From the NCBI GenBank assembly GCA_977862235.1, contig OZ374557.1, forward strand, positions 3,534,001 to 3,598,000: a stretch of 64,000 bases of DNA. The letters run 5' to 3'. Made by a program: the position numbers and the translations under genes. Of the stretch, positions 9,861 through 22,459 are shown one piece after another. Below the pieces are notes generated by a model. The model made no database searches. It was not told the origin of the DNA and saw only the letters and a list, made by a program, of their open reading frames with translations. Source of the stretch: Dudresnaya verticillata (lineage: Eukaryota). Every line of letters starts with the position of its first letter. The stretch's first letter is position 1.

Positions 9861-12800
9861 ATGCAGAACGAAGAACACGCAGACCCTCCCGTTACGGAAC
9901 CTAAAGCGGGTGACACTACCCCCGCTGCGCGCAGTCTGCGCAGTGAAGGAGGTGAAATCCGTTCCGGAGTGGAGAACCCAGAAGAGATCCTAAAGGGTGC
10001 TGCTGGTAAAGCTCCCCGTTCCCGTGTCGGATCAGACGCCTCCAAGAAGGCAGCTCTGCAACCCAAGCCGGAATCCCATCGGGTCCACTGGGTCCTGTCG
10101 GAGGTCCTTTCTAGGGTGTTAGAGCATCTCCGATTGGAAGTACAACCTGGAATGGTAAAAGAGGTGGAGATATCCCTCTCGGAAACTGTTCCGTCTTTGG
10201 TTAATTCCTATCTGGAGCAGCACCTTCCTCGGATATTGCAAGCTTTAATCCTACAGGAAAAGGTGGCCGCCGAGCTCGAGAGCCAGATTGCTCCCGGCAT
10301 GGCAAGGCCTCCCGCTACGGAAGCTTTCACTGAGCAACCACCGTTACGGAATGACTTCCCGGTCGAGGGAAGAACGCAGCAGCCGCAACAACCCCCCGTT
10401 ATGGGATTGCAGTCGGGCACAGTACCCTCTGGGCCACTGCCACCGGCTCCCGTAACGGATTCTCAACGTCAATACGCCCCTACGGGACCAACACACACTC
10501 AGCCACCGTTACGGTATTCACCTGGACACGTAGATATGCCTACGCCAGGGCGCTATCAGCAAGAGCGCTATACCGTTCCGGTTCGATCAGGTGGAGGCAG
10601 CGACCATCTCAGCGATGCGTCCAGCTCACCCCATCCGAGTCGGAGGACCGGTCGAGGTTGGCATAAACGAGATGCCCGACACTCCCGCTCTGACCCTCCC
10701 CGTCGGTCGCACATGGGCGACCACACCCAGCGACGACGCCACCAATCCGGTAAGGAATCCAACGAGAGCAGCTCAGAGGATAGTCAACACCGCCGCCGCA
10801 AGAGGAGAAACAGAAGATCGCGGAAACGCGAAAAAGGGCATGACTCCTCTACCTCTACGGATTCAGACTCAGAGAGTTCTTCCGTAACGGATAGAGAGAA
10901 TAGGCACCGGGCCAGAAAACACAGTGCCAAATCCGGAAAGGTGAAGGTAATCCGGCCGCTACATGACAAGTTTGTCAAGGCGCTAGATTACCGCACCTAC
11001 CGATTGGATAAGAGGAGTAAGACATACGGCTCTAAGTTCTCACAGAACATGAGCCGTATACGGAAGAAACTCGACGTCCAGATGTCGTCCCATACATTCG
11101 ATGGGACGGACCCTATTACCGTCTTGGGATTTCTCGCCAAGTTCCGTGACGGTTGTAACATCAACGGCATCGCCGAAGGGGTTGCCGTCTGGTGCTTCCA
11201 GTTTTTCCTTAAAGGACAGGCCGAAGCCCTTCTACAGGCTAGGCTTGCTGGAGGTACCATGGCGGTTGACGTGGAGCAGGCCGAGATGCTCCGCACATAT
11301 TCCGAGGTGGTGAACTTTTTATTGAGAACCTACGCTACGGATGAAGTGATTGCTGAAGCCTATACGGATGTCAGCAACTTCAGACAAACATCCGCCATGA
11401 CGGAAGAGCAGTTCTCGAACCAGCTCTGGGCCAAGGCTCTCCGTTGCGGTACAGTATTTTCCGATCGGGCATTGAAGTCACTGTTCGTTGAAGGACTCCT
11501 ACCGGGTACTCGTCAACAGATGAGAAATTATCTAGCGACGCATTCCCAGTTGGATTACCAGGCCATCACTCGCTATGCGACGGGCCTCGGTCAGTCCCAT
11601 CGGGCAGCTCGACGCCAAACCGTTCCGGCTCACATCTTTGATGGGCGCACTAAAGCGCGCCCATCTAAGGTGTTGTCGCTGGATTCCGTATCGGATGTAC
11701 ACTATGAGCCGCAAGGGAATCTTTCCGCTACGGATAATCAAGTGCTAGCCGTCGAGGGAGGCCACGGTGCCGCTACGGGAACGAGCACGGGGGTTACCTT
11801 TTCTACCCCGTACTCCTCGCCCCCGCAAAGCGTCCACCCTACTCCGCCCATGATGCCACGCGCGCAAGGTCCCCCCTATGGTGGATCTCGCCCGGCTCCT
11901 GGCCCCCAACTGTGGTGCAAGGTGAGGGCTGCCCCTTTTTCGCTCTGAGCGTATTATATGCCAACGTCCACCGACGGAACGTCCACCGCCGTTGGCGCGC
12001 GAACACGTCATCGACGATTGGCCCACGGGCATACGGCCGCCGTTACCCCGCGCGGCGCGGCGCACGCGCCCACTGTACGGCCAGATCCGGATGCACGATC
12101 CCGATCGGCCGGGCGCAGGGCGCCCGCCTGTAAGCTTGGCCCGGATCCGGATCGGATCCGGATGGAACTTCGAGATCCGGCATCCGGATCCACCATGATG
12201 TAAGGAGCGCGCCTGTAAGGGCCGCGCGCCAGCAATGCTGGCCGGGATCTGGATCCGAATCCGGATCACCCGCAACGCTACACGCATGCGCCTGTAAGCT
12301 ACTCCTGAGCTCCCGCGCGCGCGGCTGCATGGCGGCGACGACGTGTCAGACGCTCGACGACGTGACACGCGTCCTGAGTTCCCGCGCACCGCGCCCACCG
12401 CCGTCGCTCACGTAGTATATTAGGTAATCCGTCTGCGACGCTGAGTAAACCCCGGACAAGCCGGCCTTGGTCCAGACTTCCCCGTTCCGCTCGCGCGTAT
12501 CCTACCGCTGCCTACGGCTAAGCGTCTACCTCCCGTGCTTCCACGTCTCTACCCGTCCTTGACGTGTTTTCCTTTTGTTCCTTTCTGTTTCCCTTTTCCC
12601 TTCCTTCACACCTTCCGCCTCGGGCGTCTACAGTCCGCCCAAGGCGTGTCCCTTTGCTCTACCACCAAGTCGCCCACGGCGGGATCACCCCTCGCCAAGG
12701 GCGCAGCTACCCACCGAGCCCCGAACTGCTCGGCGGTCCATCGTCTACAGACGCTTTGCACCACACCAACAGCAGCCGAGTCACCGTTACGGAAATAATG

Positions 12801-13201
12801 CCCACGATGGGCGAGGACAGCAGCAACCAGCACCTCCGCTACGGGATGAGTCGGATCCTCGGGTCCGACGCCTTTACGGAAGTGGTAACTGTCGCATCTG
12901 CCTTTCGCCAGAGCACGTTGTTTGCCCATGGATACATGACGCCGATCGGGTTAGGCTTATGGAAGAGCGCGAGCGCAACTTCCAGAAGCACTACCCTGTA
13001 GGTCGCAGGTTCGTAGTAGGAACCAGTTCGACTCCGCAAGGGAATCGGGGCAGACCGCAAACGCCCCCTCCGCAACGGAATGCCCCGATACTATCGGTAG
13101 AGGACCATGACGGAGTGGAATACGCGGAATTGCGCGAGCCCATGGAGGCGGATCCGAATGGTGCAACCTTGAATTCGGAAAACTCAAGGGGGGATGCGTA
13201 A
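9861..13201 (+). pseudogene. gag: gag of A1, interrupted by solo LTR F1
   Basis: 9861-11910 and 12771-13201 join in frame (GPQ|QQPSHRY, as in A2); zinc-knuckle-like CRICLSPEHVVC. Confidence 0.9.
11911..12765 (+). mobile_element. Solo LTR, family F (F1, 855 bp)
   Basis: TGTGGTGCAA...TTGCACCACA termini, TSD CCAAC, absent at the equivalent site in A2. Confidence 0.9.
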
Positions 13202-16200
13202 GGGCGCCGCCATCCCCGCCTCACGGCGTTCCACCTCTCGCGAGTGTGGACCCGCCAGGGGATCGCCGAGATACCGTTACGGAACTCCTATTGGCTTATC
13301 AGACCAATGATACTATCTTCTTTATGCAACATCAAAATTACAAGATGCAAATTACCGTGGGACGGACAGATAGCGTGATACTTCCTTTAATCTCCGTCTT
13401 GGACTCTGGCGCTGGGCCCAATCTCATTAGTGCCAGGCGCCTTCCGCGCCAATGGCTCCCACTCATACGCCCAGCAGCCAGTCCTCCATTACGGGATGCG
13501 TCTAATCGCGCTATACGCCCTCTTGGTCAGATCCAACTTTTCGTCCGTATCGGAGAGCTCCGTGCTCGCGTCCAGTTTCTAGTGGTCGCGAACTTGGCGG
13601 CTCCCTGTATTTTGGGAACTACCCTCATCGACCGCTACGTGAAGGCAATACTCCCTCCGTTACGGAAAGTTGTTTTTCATCATTACCCACCGGTATCCCT
13701 TGTTGGTCAAGCCAAAATTCCGAAGACGGGAACCACTGCAACCCTACAGCCCTCACCTCTCTCTACCGCTACGGTTTCTCAGAAAATTCGTTTAGCAAAA
13801 TCTACCCTTATTCCCCCTATGACTCAAACCACCGTAACGGTTAATACCCCACGGGTGGGTTATGCTTTCTACAAAATCATCCTAAGCCGGCTTTTAAGCA
13901 CCTTACGTTAATGGCTAATGGTACTATGGATGTTGTACCTAACAAACCGTTTCGGATCTGGGTCTCTAATTTTTCTAACAAGCCGGTACGGTTGCCTAAA
14001 TCTACTGTCGTGGGCCTCGCTACTGCTGCCCCCTCTGCTATTTTTACCGTTGAAAGTATACCTCCATTTAAGGAGGGGGAGGAATTATTCAATCATTTAA
14101 TTCTAACCCTACCTCCGAAAAGGCCAGCAGCATCTCCCCTCACGACAAGGAAGTAAGCAAACCCGTAACGGAAAATACAAATACTACCGACTGGAAGGAT
14201 CAAGTCCATATCGGCACAGAAGAAGCATCGCTCCGCAAACGGATTTTAACCCTACTCGAGGAATATAAGTCGATGTGGAGTGGCGATCTGGGCAACATTA
14301 CAGCTGCCAAGCACCGCATCGAGTTAACTCCAGGAGCTAAGCCAGTATACCAAGCCCCATACCGTGCCGGACATAAGCAGCGAGATCTCGAAAAGACAGA
14401 GATCGATCGCATGCTTTCCGCTAAGGTAATTGAACCGGCCTCATCGGAGTGGGCCAGCCCCGTGGTTTTCGTTCCAAAAAAGGACGGCACCATGCGGTTC
14501 TGTGTTGACTATAGAAGGCTCAATTCCGTAACGGTTAGGGACTCATATCCCTTGCCCAGGATGGATGAGTGCATAGATTCCCTTGGGGAAGCTACTGTAT
14601 TTACCACCCTGGATTGCAATAGCGGATATTGGCAAGTCGAGATTCCGGAAGAGGAAAGGGACAAAACTACTTTCACTAGCCATTTTGGCTTATACCGTTT
14701 TCGGAGAATGCCATTCGGATTGAAAAATGCACCGGCAACCTTCCAACGGGCAGTGGATATAATCCTTTCTACGGTTAAATGGCAATTTGCCCTCGTCTAC
14801 CTAGACGATGTAATTGTCTACTCAAAAACCGTTACGGAACATTTCCACCACCTGAAGGAAGTCCTTACGCTTTTATGATCCGCTGGGGTAACGTTGAAAT
14901 TGTCAAAGTGTGACTTCTTCAACGCGTCTGTACAATACCTGGGGCATGTTATCCGTCCCGGAAAATTAGAAGTGGATAATAGAAATATCCAATCCGTCAA
15001 GGTCGCGAAGCCACCGACTAACCAAACGGAATTGCGATCCTTCTTGGGAATGTGCAACGTGTATCGTCGTTTTGTACCCAACTTCGCTCGGATTTCAGCA
15101 CCGCTAAATAAGAAAACCGGCAAGGGCTCACCCTTTGAGTTTGGGATTTTATCCGATACGGAATATAAGGCCTTCGAGGAACTGAAGAGACGCCTTATCT
15201 CTCCACCTATATTGGCTCTACCCCGTCACGGATATAAATATACGTTGGACACGGACGCATGTGACCACCAAGTCGGCTGTGTCCTTCTGCAGGAACAACC
15301 GAATGGCGATCAACTCCCTATTGGATATTGGAGCCGAAGCCTCACCGATGCGGAGAAAAATTATACGACAACCGAAAAGGAATGCTTAGCCGTGGTCTGG
15401 AGCATGTTAACACTCCGACCCTACCTTTACGGTGACAAGTTTATTCTCCGAACGGATCACGATGCCCTGCGGTGGATCTTGAACCTCGCAGACTCATCTG
15501 GCCGCCTTTCCAGGTGGAGGCTCCGCCTATCGGAATTTGAATTTGAGGTGCAATACCGTCCTGGAATTAAGCATCAACTCGCCGATGGGATGTCGCGACT
15601 CCGAACGGATGGCGGTGACGATAGACCTTTGGATGAAGAGATACCCTGCTTTATCGCCGAAAATACCGTCGACGGATTATATGAGCATGGAGTTTATTTA
15701 ACCGATTGGGCTACATCACAAGAAACCGCTACGGAAAATAACGTAATATGCGCCGTGGAGCCCGCCAGTGGGAGCGCATCCGCCTCCCCTGATAAGCCCG
15801 ACGCAATACCGTCACGGTTTACTGTAATCCAAGAATCCGACGTTAAGGATGAGACAATTACCAGGGAAGAGTTCCTCGAAGCGCAAGCCAGAGACCCTTT
15901 CTGTCGTCTCAAAGCCGATACGGTAGGCTCCCCTGGATCACAGTTTGACTATGACCGTAACGGATTCTTGGTACGCAAGTCCCAATTGGATGGTGCTCTA
16001 CAGAAGGTGGTGCCCTAAAGAAGGTGGTGCCAAGCGAACTCCGTGGACGGGTATTGTATTTATCCCACTACACCCTGATGTCGGGTCACCTAGGCGGAAT
16101 TAAGATGTATTACACACTCCGACAGGATTATTATTGGCCTCATATGGCCAACGATGTATTTGAATCCGTTCGGACATGTCGCTCCTGTGTGAAGACAAAG

Positions 16201-17598
16201 GGAACCCGTTTTCGGAATCAAAGATTTATGAAGCTCTTCCCCGCTAGCGGACCTTTGGAGTTTGTCGCTATCGACATTCTCGGGCCACTTCCGAAGACAA
16301 AACGGGTTTATGTCTACGTCTGGGTAATTACCGATCGGTTCTCTAAGCTGACGCGCTGTATTCCGTTACGGACAACAACGGCCGTTGTGGTGGCTAATAC
16401 CTTTCTGGACTTTTGGGTGTACGCCTACGGCGCACCCCAATTTGTCCTAACCGATAACGGACCGCAGTTTACTGCTAAGTTCTTCGACGCGGTGTGTTCC
16501 TTACTCGGAGTCAGGCACCTGCTCACCGCTGCCTACCATCCGCAGACAAATGGGCAAGCTGAGCGATTTAATAAGACAATCGCTCAAAGTTTGCGCCATT
16601 ACGTTGAGGATCATCACTCCGATTGGGATCTGTACCTGCAACCGTTGACGTATGCGTACAACATGCAGGGGCACCGTGTTACGGAAACAACGCCATTTGA
16701 TTTGGTGTTGACACGCCACCCATCGGACATTGTTGTACGAGGGGCTCCTGTCGAGCATCAAGAAACCGTTACGGAAGGGCGTATGACCCCGGTGCTACAT
16801 AAGCGGAGTACCATGCGCCGTTTACGGTATGCGCTCCAAACAGCGCGCACGAAGCAAACAGTGGCTCAGCAAAAAGCCAAGGCACTGTTTGACCGTAAGG
16901 TGCGCTTTAGGCCCATAATCCGTAACGGAGATCAAGTCTACGTCGACAGGCCGCCCCATAACTTAAGGCCTACCGAACGCCGTGAACGGGACCGATTGGA
17001 AGGCAAGCCGGATGATGTAGGCGAGGTGGCTCAGGAAATGAAGAAACTCCTTCCGAGAGCCACGGGGCCTTACGAAGTGGAATCCGCAACGGAACATGTT
17101 GTTACAATCCGAAAGGAAGGGGTATTGATCCCCGTGAGTATCGATCGTATCACGAAGGTTCCGATCGGAGTTGCGGTTCAGCCGGCACCCTTAACAGTGC
17201 CGCCTGTCACGCCATCAACCGTCTACGGAGAAGTAGTACCTCCTTCTGAAGGTACTACTCCCTCCGCGACGGAACCACTGCAAGCCAATACGGAATATGT
17301 GATCGACAAGATTGTCGGTCACCAAATCGACAAGATTGTCGGTCACCGCGACGAACCTACTGGGATGACATACAAAGTCCGCTGGTATCGTTACCCTCCG
17401 GATCAGGACACTTTTGAGCCCGCGGAGGAGTTACCGCAGAACTTCATCTACCGATATTGGAAGCAAAAGAAAAAGACATCCGCTAAGGGTAAGCCACGGC
17501 GACGTGCTAAGCCAACACGTCACTCACCGTATCGGACAGTTAGAATGCTGGGGTGTGATAACACACAACGTTTATCGCAAGCTAAGATCGAGGCATAA
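13177..17598 (+). pseudogene. pol: pol of A1 (protease, RT, RNase H, integrase, chromodomain), disrupted
   Basis: LDSGA, YLDD, TDACD, HHCC, TDNG, ERFNKT, YKVRW..DTFEP motifs. Frameshifts near 13850 and 14080, TGA at 14876, short duplications at ~16002-16031 and ~17302-17347. Confidence 0.95.
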
Positions 17599-17632
17599 TG
17601 GAAACCGTTAAGGAGATCGTCGAGCTGTAACT

Positions 17633-20481
17633 CTAAGAGTTACGTCGACGCCGTTTCGGAGCAGGGGCCACTGTATCTTCCTCGTTGCTCCCCTGACCCG
17701 TTCGTAAGCCGGGTTCCTCACTCGGATCCGACTGGAATACGCATTGCGTATTATCTCCCAAGACGCGAATCGCGCTATCCATGCGCCGACGCTGACGACG
17801 GACCACCGCGCGGAGATGAATTACTTGTTCCATCAACCCCTCCGCTAAGGTTAGCGCTTCCTGAACGGATCCTGGCAATGGGAAGCGCTGCGTACGGCAA
17901 ATGCCCCGTAGCACCTGTAACCCACTTTCCGTAGCGGCTAGATGAGTCGGAACCGTAACGGGGGGATCCTCATCTTCTTGAAACTCTACCTTTGGGGAGA
18001 TCGACGGCTTATCCCTACCCTCGGCTTCGAGCGAATGTTCCGTTGAGGAAACCACCAATACGGATGGTCCCGACTCGGGTGAAGGTACGCCTTTCCGCAG
18101 CGGTGGATCCGTGTCCTTCTCTGGCGAGGCAGTATCGCTTTTCCGTAACGGTTCCGGACTTGGCGCAAGAGCCGAGGGCTTGTCTCCAGTTGCCCCAACA
18201 TTTGGGCGCCTTGCAGCCACTTCCGATACGGTGATCGGTGCCTCACTCACCGCTGGTGTAGGAGTGGGCGCCGACAGAGGAGCACTTGGTAGGGGCGGTT
18301 CCGCGGCGACAGGCATTTGCGTCGCAGGAGACAGTGCCGCCGGTACAGCATCCGGCGCCACTTCCGAAACGGTCTGCTCCTTTGAGACTCCCTCCTTGGA
18401 TGGTGCCGCAAGCTTGGGCACCGCCCTAGTCGGTGCAACCACGCCTATGGGCGTTGGGGTCTTATCCGATACGGGAGTAGTAGTCTCATGAGCCACCTCG
18501 CGAGACGTGGGTGTCACGGCCACCGGAAGGATTGGAGCGGGTGTCTTCTCGCTACCCGCTGCCATTGAGGCCACGGGCATGACCTCCTCCTGGTCTTCCA
18601 CGAAGGGGCCAGCCTCTTGCTGCCTCACCGTAACGGAATCGCGTGGGTCGGTTGTACGCGGACGCCCCGCTGTCCCATGACAGCTTCCCCAATCTTCAGC
18701 CCCATCCAAACCGTCAGGTACGCATCCCTTGGTGCTTGGCGAGAGGCATAGTCCCGATGGGCCTGCACCTCTAAGGCCAACCATTCCGGACGCGGGTCTT
18801 CTCGATGAAGGAAATAGGGCTCACCCACCCCGGACCTCAGCGGGGGCACCGATAGGACACGGTCCTCGTCCGAATTATACCCCAAGAAGCCCGGAGTGCG
18901 TTGCCAATCTTGCTCTCCGTGTACGGATAAAAGACGCTCAACCCGATGGAGAGGGTATGCCGACCCCGTCACCAAATCGGCTACGCCGACTTCGCGAATC
19001 AGGGCGATCACCGTTACGGGAAGTTGGAAAATACGGCCACAGTCTCCTCCCGGCAGGTCATCCTCATCCCGTGGGAAGCATCGCCAGTCAGCTAACTTGG
19101 TGTTATACCGAACTCCGTAATAGGCCACCTGGAGCCACGAGAAGAGCACCAGCATGGCCCATTCCGATCGGAAGATGCGCCACAATACATCGAGCTGATC
19201 TTGATTCGGGGGACGTTCTCCGTTCGGATGCTTGTCGTTCCACTCCCGTTCGGTGAGTAAGTCCGCCGAGAAGTACGCTACGACGGACGGCGTGGGGACA
19301 GACAACCAACGGGTCACCTCATAACGCGCCCACCATGACGGAGCTGTAAGGTACAACTCACGACGCACCCGATACGGAAGATGGAAGAACTCCTTAGTGT
19401 TCCAAATATGCAGGATTGGCGAGCCAACCTGTATTCCGTCACGGGAACGAGTTCGCAAACGGTGTTCCGTCGCGGCATCGTCCTTCCACCCATCGGCATA
19501 GCGGAACCAATATACCGATTGGTCATAGGGGCGGTCGAAGCAAATGAATTGCACTCCGACCGGCGCACCCCGAAGACGGAAACCTGTGGCCAACAGGTGA
19601 CTCACCTTGGCGGTATATCCTACCTCCCCATGGCAGCGATACCACAACAAATCCGAAACGGTAGAGGTCCTCGCTTGACAATAGCCATGCACCCATCGGC
19701 TTTGCCACACAAACTCTCTCCGATTCGGAACAACGCCAATACGTTGATTCGCCTTGAAGGGTTGCGCCATGACGGCCTTGTACCTTCTCGCTTCCAAGAC
19801 GGTTGGATACTTCTCAATGAAGAGGTCCACCGTCATCGGGGGCCTAATCTTAGCCCTTTCCGCATCGGTTCTAGCCGGGCGCCCCGCGCGATGGTCAAAA
19901 TGGTGTCCCGGCCAATAACCACTCGGGACAGGGCCCTCTCCGTCACGGGTATGCACTAACGGCCACCAAGGCCCCGGTGCAAGTGGGTTTCTTTGCGAGG
20001 GGCCACGCATCCGTCTCGGTGTACTTGAGGAAGGATGAGGACTGGAAGCCATCCTACCACTCGGCGTCGATACCGGTGTCGATGGTGTCCGTAACGGAAT
20101 GGCCGGTAGGTCTGCCAAGTTGAGCTCCTCGCCACCACGACGAAACGCATCATCGCGCTCCTTGGTTGGCGCCTCTACGTCACGGTGAGTCTCTGCACTC
20201 CCTGGTAGCAAGGGCCTTGTGGCAGCGCTCGCAGCAAACCGATTCGGATCATAGACAGACCACCCTCGGCTCGCTGATGGAGCCGGTGAAGGTTCCGTCA
20301 CGGCGATGCTCATACGACCGCCCGTCGCGGGTCGCGTCGCTGCCGCTGAGGAAGAAGCCGGCGCTTGCGTCGAAGCATCCGTCACGGTTCGCGCGCCCTG
20401 CGCCCCAGTTGTGGAAGCAGCGCGGGAACGCCTTGTCGGTTGAAAGGGCGACGGTGAGCGCTTAGCCTTCTCCCCTGCCAT
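17633..20481 (-). CDS. Antisense accessory ORF of A1 (~950 aa after correcting one frameshift near 18716); function unknown
   Basis: ccaccATGG at 20481. ORF-track frames 18625-20784 and 17633-18784 read as one frame at the same junction in A2 (DAYRNGLDGVEDWGSC). Ends in the basic PKRRRRNS. Confidence 0.8.
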
Positions 20482-20601
20482 GGTGGGAGAAGCGCGCACG
20501 AAGGAGGAGGAAAAGTTGCGCACGATACCGTATCGGTTGTGTGTGGGTGTCGCAGCAAAGGTAATCCGTGACGGTGGGCGCCCGAGGACGTGGCGCCATT
20601 T

Positions 20602-20612
20602 AAGGAGGGGGG
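20602..20612 (+). promoter_or_regulatory. Polypurine tract of A1
   Basis: AAGGAGGGGGG just before the 3' LTR. Confidence 0.85.
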
Positions 20613-20614
20613 TC

Positions 20615-21289
20615 TGTGGTGAAGTGAGCCGTGGCGCGCACGCGACACGCCGACGGCGAGCCAACCGCAACGGATGATGTGGCAATACGCCACGCTGATG
20701 ATCTGGCAACGTGTAACCGTGTCGGATGTCGTGCGCATTGCTGTACGCCGGTACGCATTGCTGTACAGCAGTGAGGCGCACCAACTATATCGGAGTATTT
20801 GTAGTATTTATTCTTTATTTTTAGTGAGTATCTGTACAGTATGTAGAGTAGTGCGCCAGCCAATGAGAATGCTGCGCATGTCCGTGTCGGAGATTGGGAC
20901 CAGCAGGGCCGATTCCACCATGGGTCCAGACCACTAGGGTCTGGACCCCACGGACCGGGCCGCTCGGTGCCACTCTGACTTCTATATCAGGGCGGCACCG
21001 CAGCGGCTCCTAAGGTAAACGGGTAAGCAACCTTAGCCCAATCCTTTACGGTTTTCCCCGCGCCGAGCCCGTTGCGGTCTACCACCACCACCGTTACGGA
21101 GTCCGTCCCGGCACTTGTACCACCCCCTTGTCTGTTGCTTCCCAATATCCGTCTTGGTTAGCCGCTAGCTGCTCTCCCGTTACGGTGCGAACTGCTCTAC
21201 CACCCCGTGGAGGTAGTGTTGCTCTCGTCCGTTAAGGAAAGTCAGGCCAGCTGTCCGTCTCGGAGTTCGTGGGTTTTCACTACACCACA
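20615..21289 (+). repeat. 3' LTR of A1
   Basis: Direct repeat of 9038-9712. Confidence 0.97.
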
Positions 21290-21326
21290 AAGGTCAACGT
21301 TCGCGGTATGCAAATCCCCTCCACAC
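21290..21326 (+). pseudogene. Harbinger-like gene, piece 2
   Basis: 37-bp spacer between A1 and B1 reading V-NVRGMQIPST in frame with pieces 1 and 3. Confidence 0.6.
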
Positions 21327-22459
21327 TGTGGTATAACGGGCGTTGACGCCCTGTAAGGAGCCACGTGGACACGAGTCCTCTGTAAGGAATGACAGGCGCA
21401 CAACTGCCCGGGTGATATGGCTGGTGCTCCGATTGATTTCATTGCTGGAACGCTCCTGCGCTGTAAGGCAACACGTGTACAGAGTTGATCTGTAAGGCAC
21501 ACTGCTCCAGATGATATGGCACTGTGCCATTTGGGGATTAACTATGGCCGCACCATCGCGCCATGCATTGCTGGCGGATGTTTGCCTCGCGGCGCCTGAC
21601 AGTGGCGCCGCGCTCGCCTTGTGGCCTGACCACTCATCCCTATCTAAGGACATATCCCACCTGTATTGTACAGTATTAGCTAAGTATTAGCCATAGAGCT
21701 CTAGCTGAGCGAGGAGCACCTTTTCGGCTCTCGCCGTATTTATGGGGCCCCTGGGTAGCAAGGGCCCGGCACTAAACCGGCAACGGTCTGTGCCTTGGGT
21801 TTTCCCCTTTTTGGACGCTTACGGTGCTACCGCTACAACTTCCCTTTGGGCGTCTACAAGCCCTGTCGTCTACGACGAATTGCTCTATTCAGCAGGGTTC
21901 GCCTTTCCCTTTTTCCTTTGTTAGGGCTTGAAGCCCTTTCAAGTCTCTACCACCCCTTTACCGAGCTACCAACCACGCGAGTGGGATCGCTCTTTGAGGA
22001 CAGCTGTCGTGCCGTGTCGCCGTCTCTGTTGGCTTCAAAGCCAGTCTACTACAGTGGTCTCCCGACCTAGAACAAGTTCTCAGGGTCGGACCCTTTTTCT
22101 ACCTTACCCTCGACGGGTCGAGTCAAGATATTCAAGACAGGACGTTGTCCGTTGAAGTTTCAAGAATCTTCCTTCGAAGGGTAAAACCCTAGTCGTCTAA
22201 TTGTCGACGGTTTCTACGCTTTATATTAAGCTCCGGAGTGACGTCAAATCTTGTGAGCATTCAAAATACATTTAACGGTTTTAAAACCGTCCCCAGAAGT
22301 GTCCCTCAGCGGCGGATTGACGCCCGGGTTGAGCCCGCTTCAACAGGGTTTCCGTGCAACCTGAGAAAACACGTGTAATCTTACAGTTCGGAACCGCCGA
22401 GAGGCCTGGGAAGAAGTCCCAGCTACCTCGCCGGCTGAGCCGAGAATTGTATTGGCAAT

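Larger units (their letters stand above)
9038..21289 (+). mobile_element. Chromodomain Ty3/Gypsy LTR retrotransposon, family A copy A1
   Basis: Two 675-bp TG...CA LTRs, TSD AAGGT (9033-9037/21290-21294), PBS, PPT, gag, PR-RT-RH-IN-chromo order. Confidence 0.97.

Noticed and set aside
11911..12765. MITE/DNA-transposon interpretation of the ~850-bp inserts with 10-bp inverted termini
   Set aside because: TG...CA ends, 5-bp TSDs and TATA/U5-like blocks shared with the Gypsy LTRs fit solo LTRs better.
17633..20481. env gene interpretation of the extra ORF
   Set aside because: Antisense orientation, no signal peptide, no clear TM anchor.
20482..20784. ORF-track extension of the antisense ORF into the 3' LTR
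   Set aside because: It relies on a non-ATG start and crosses the LTR boundary; the ATG at 20481 has a strong context.
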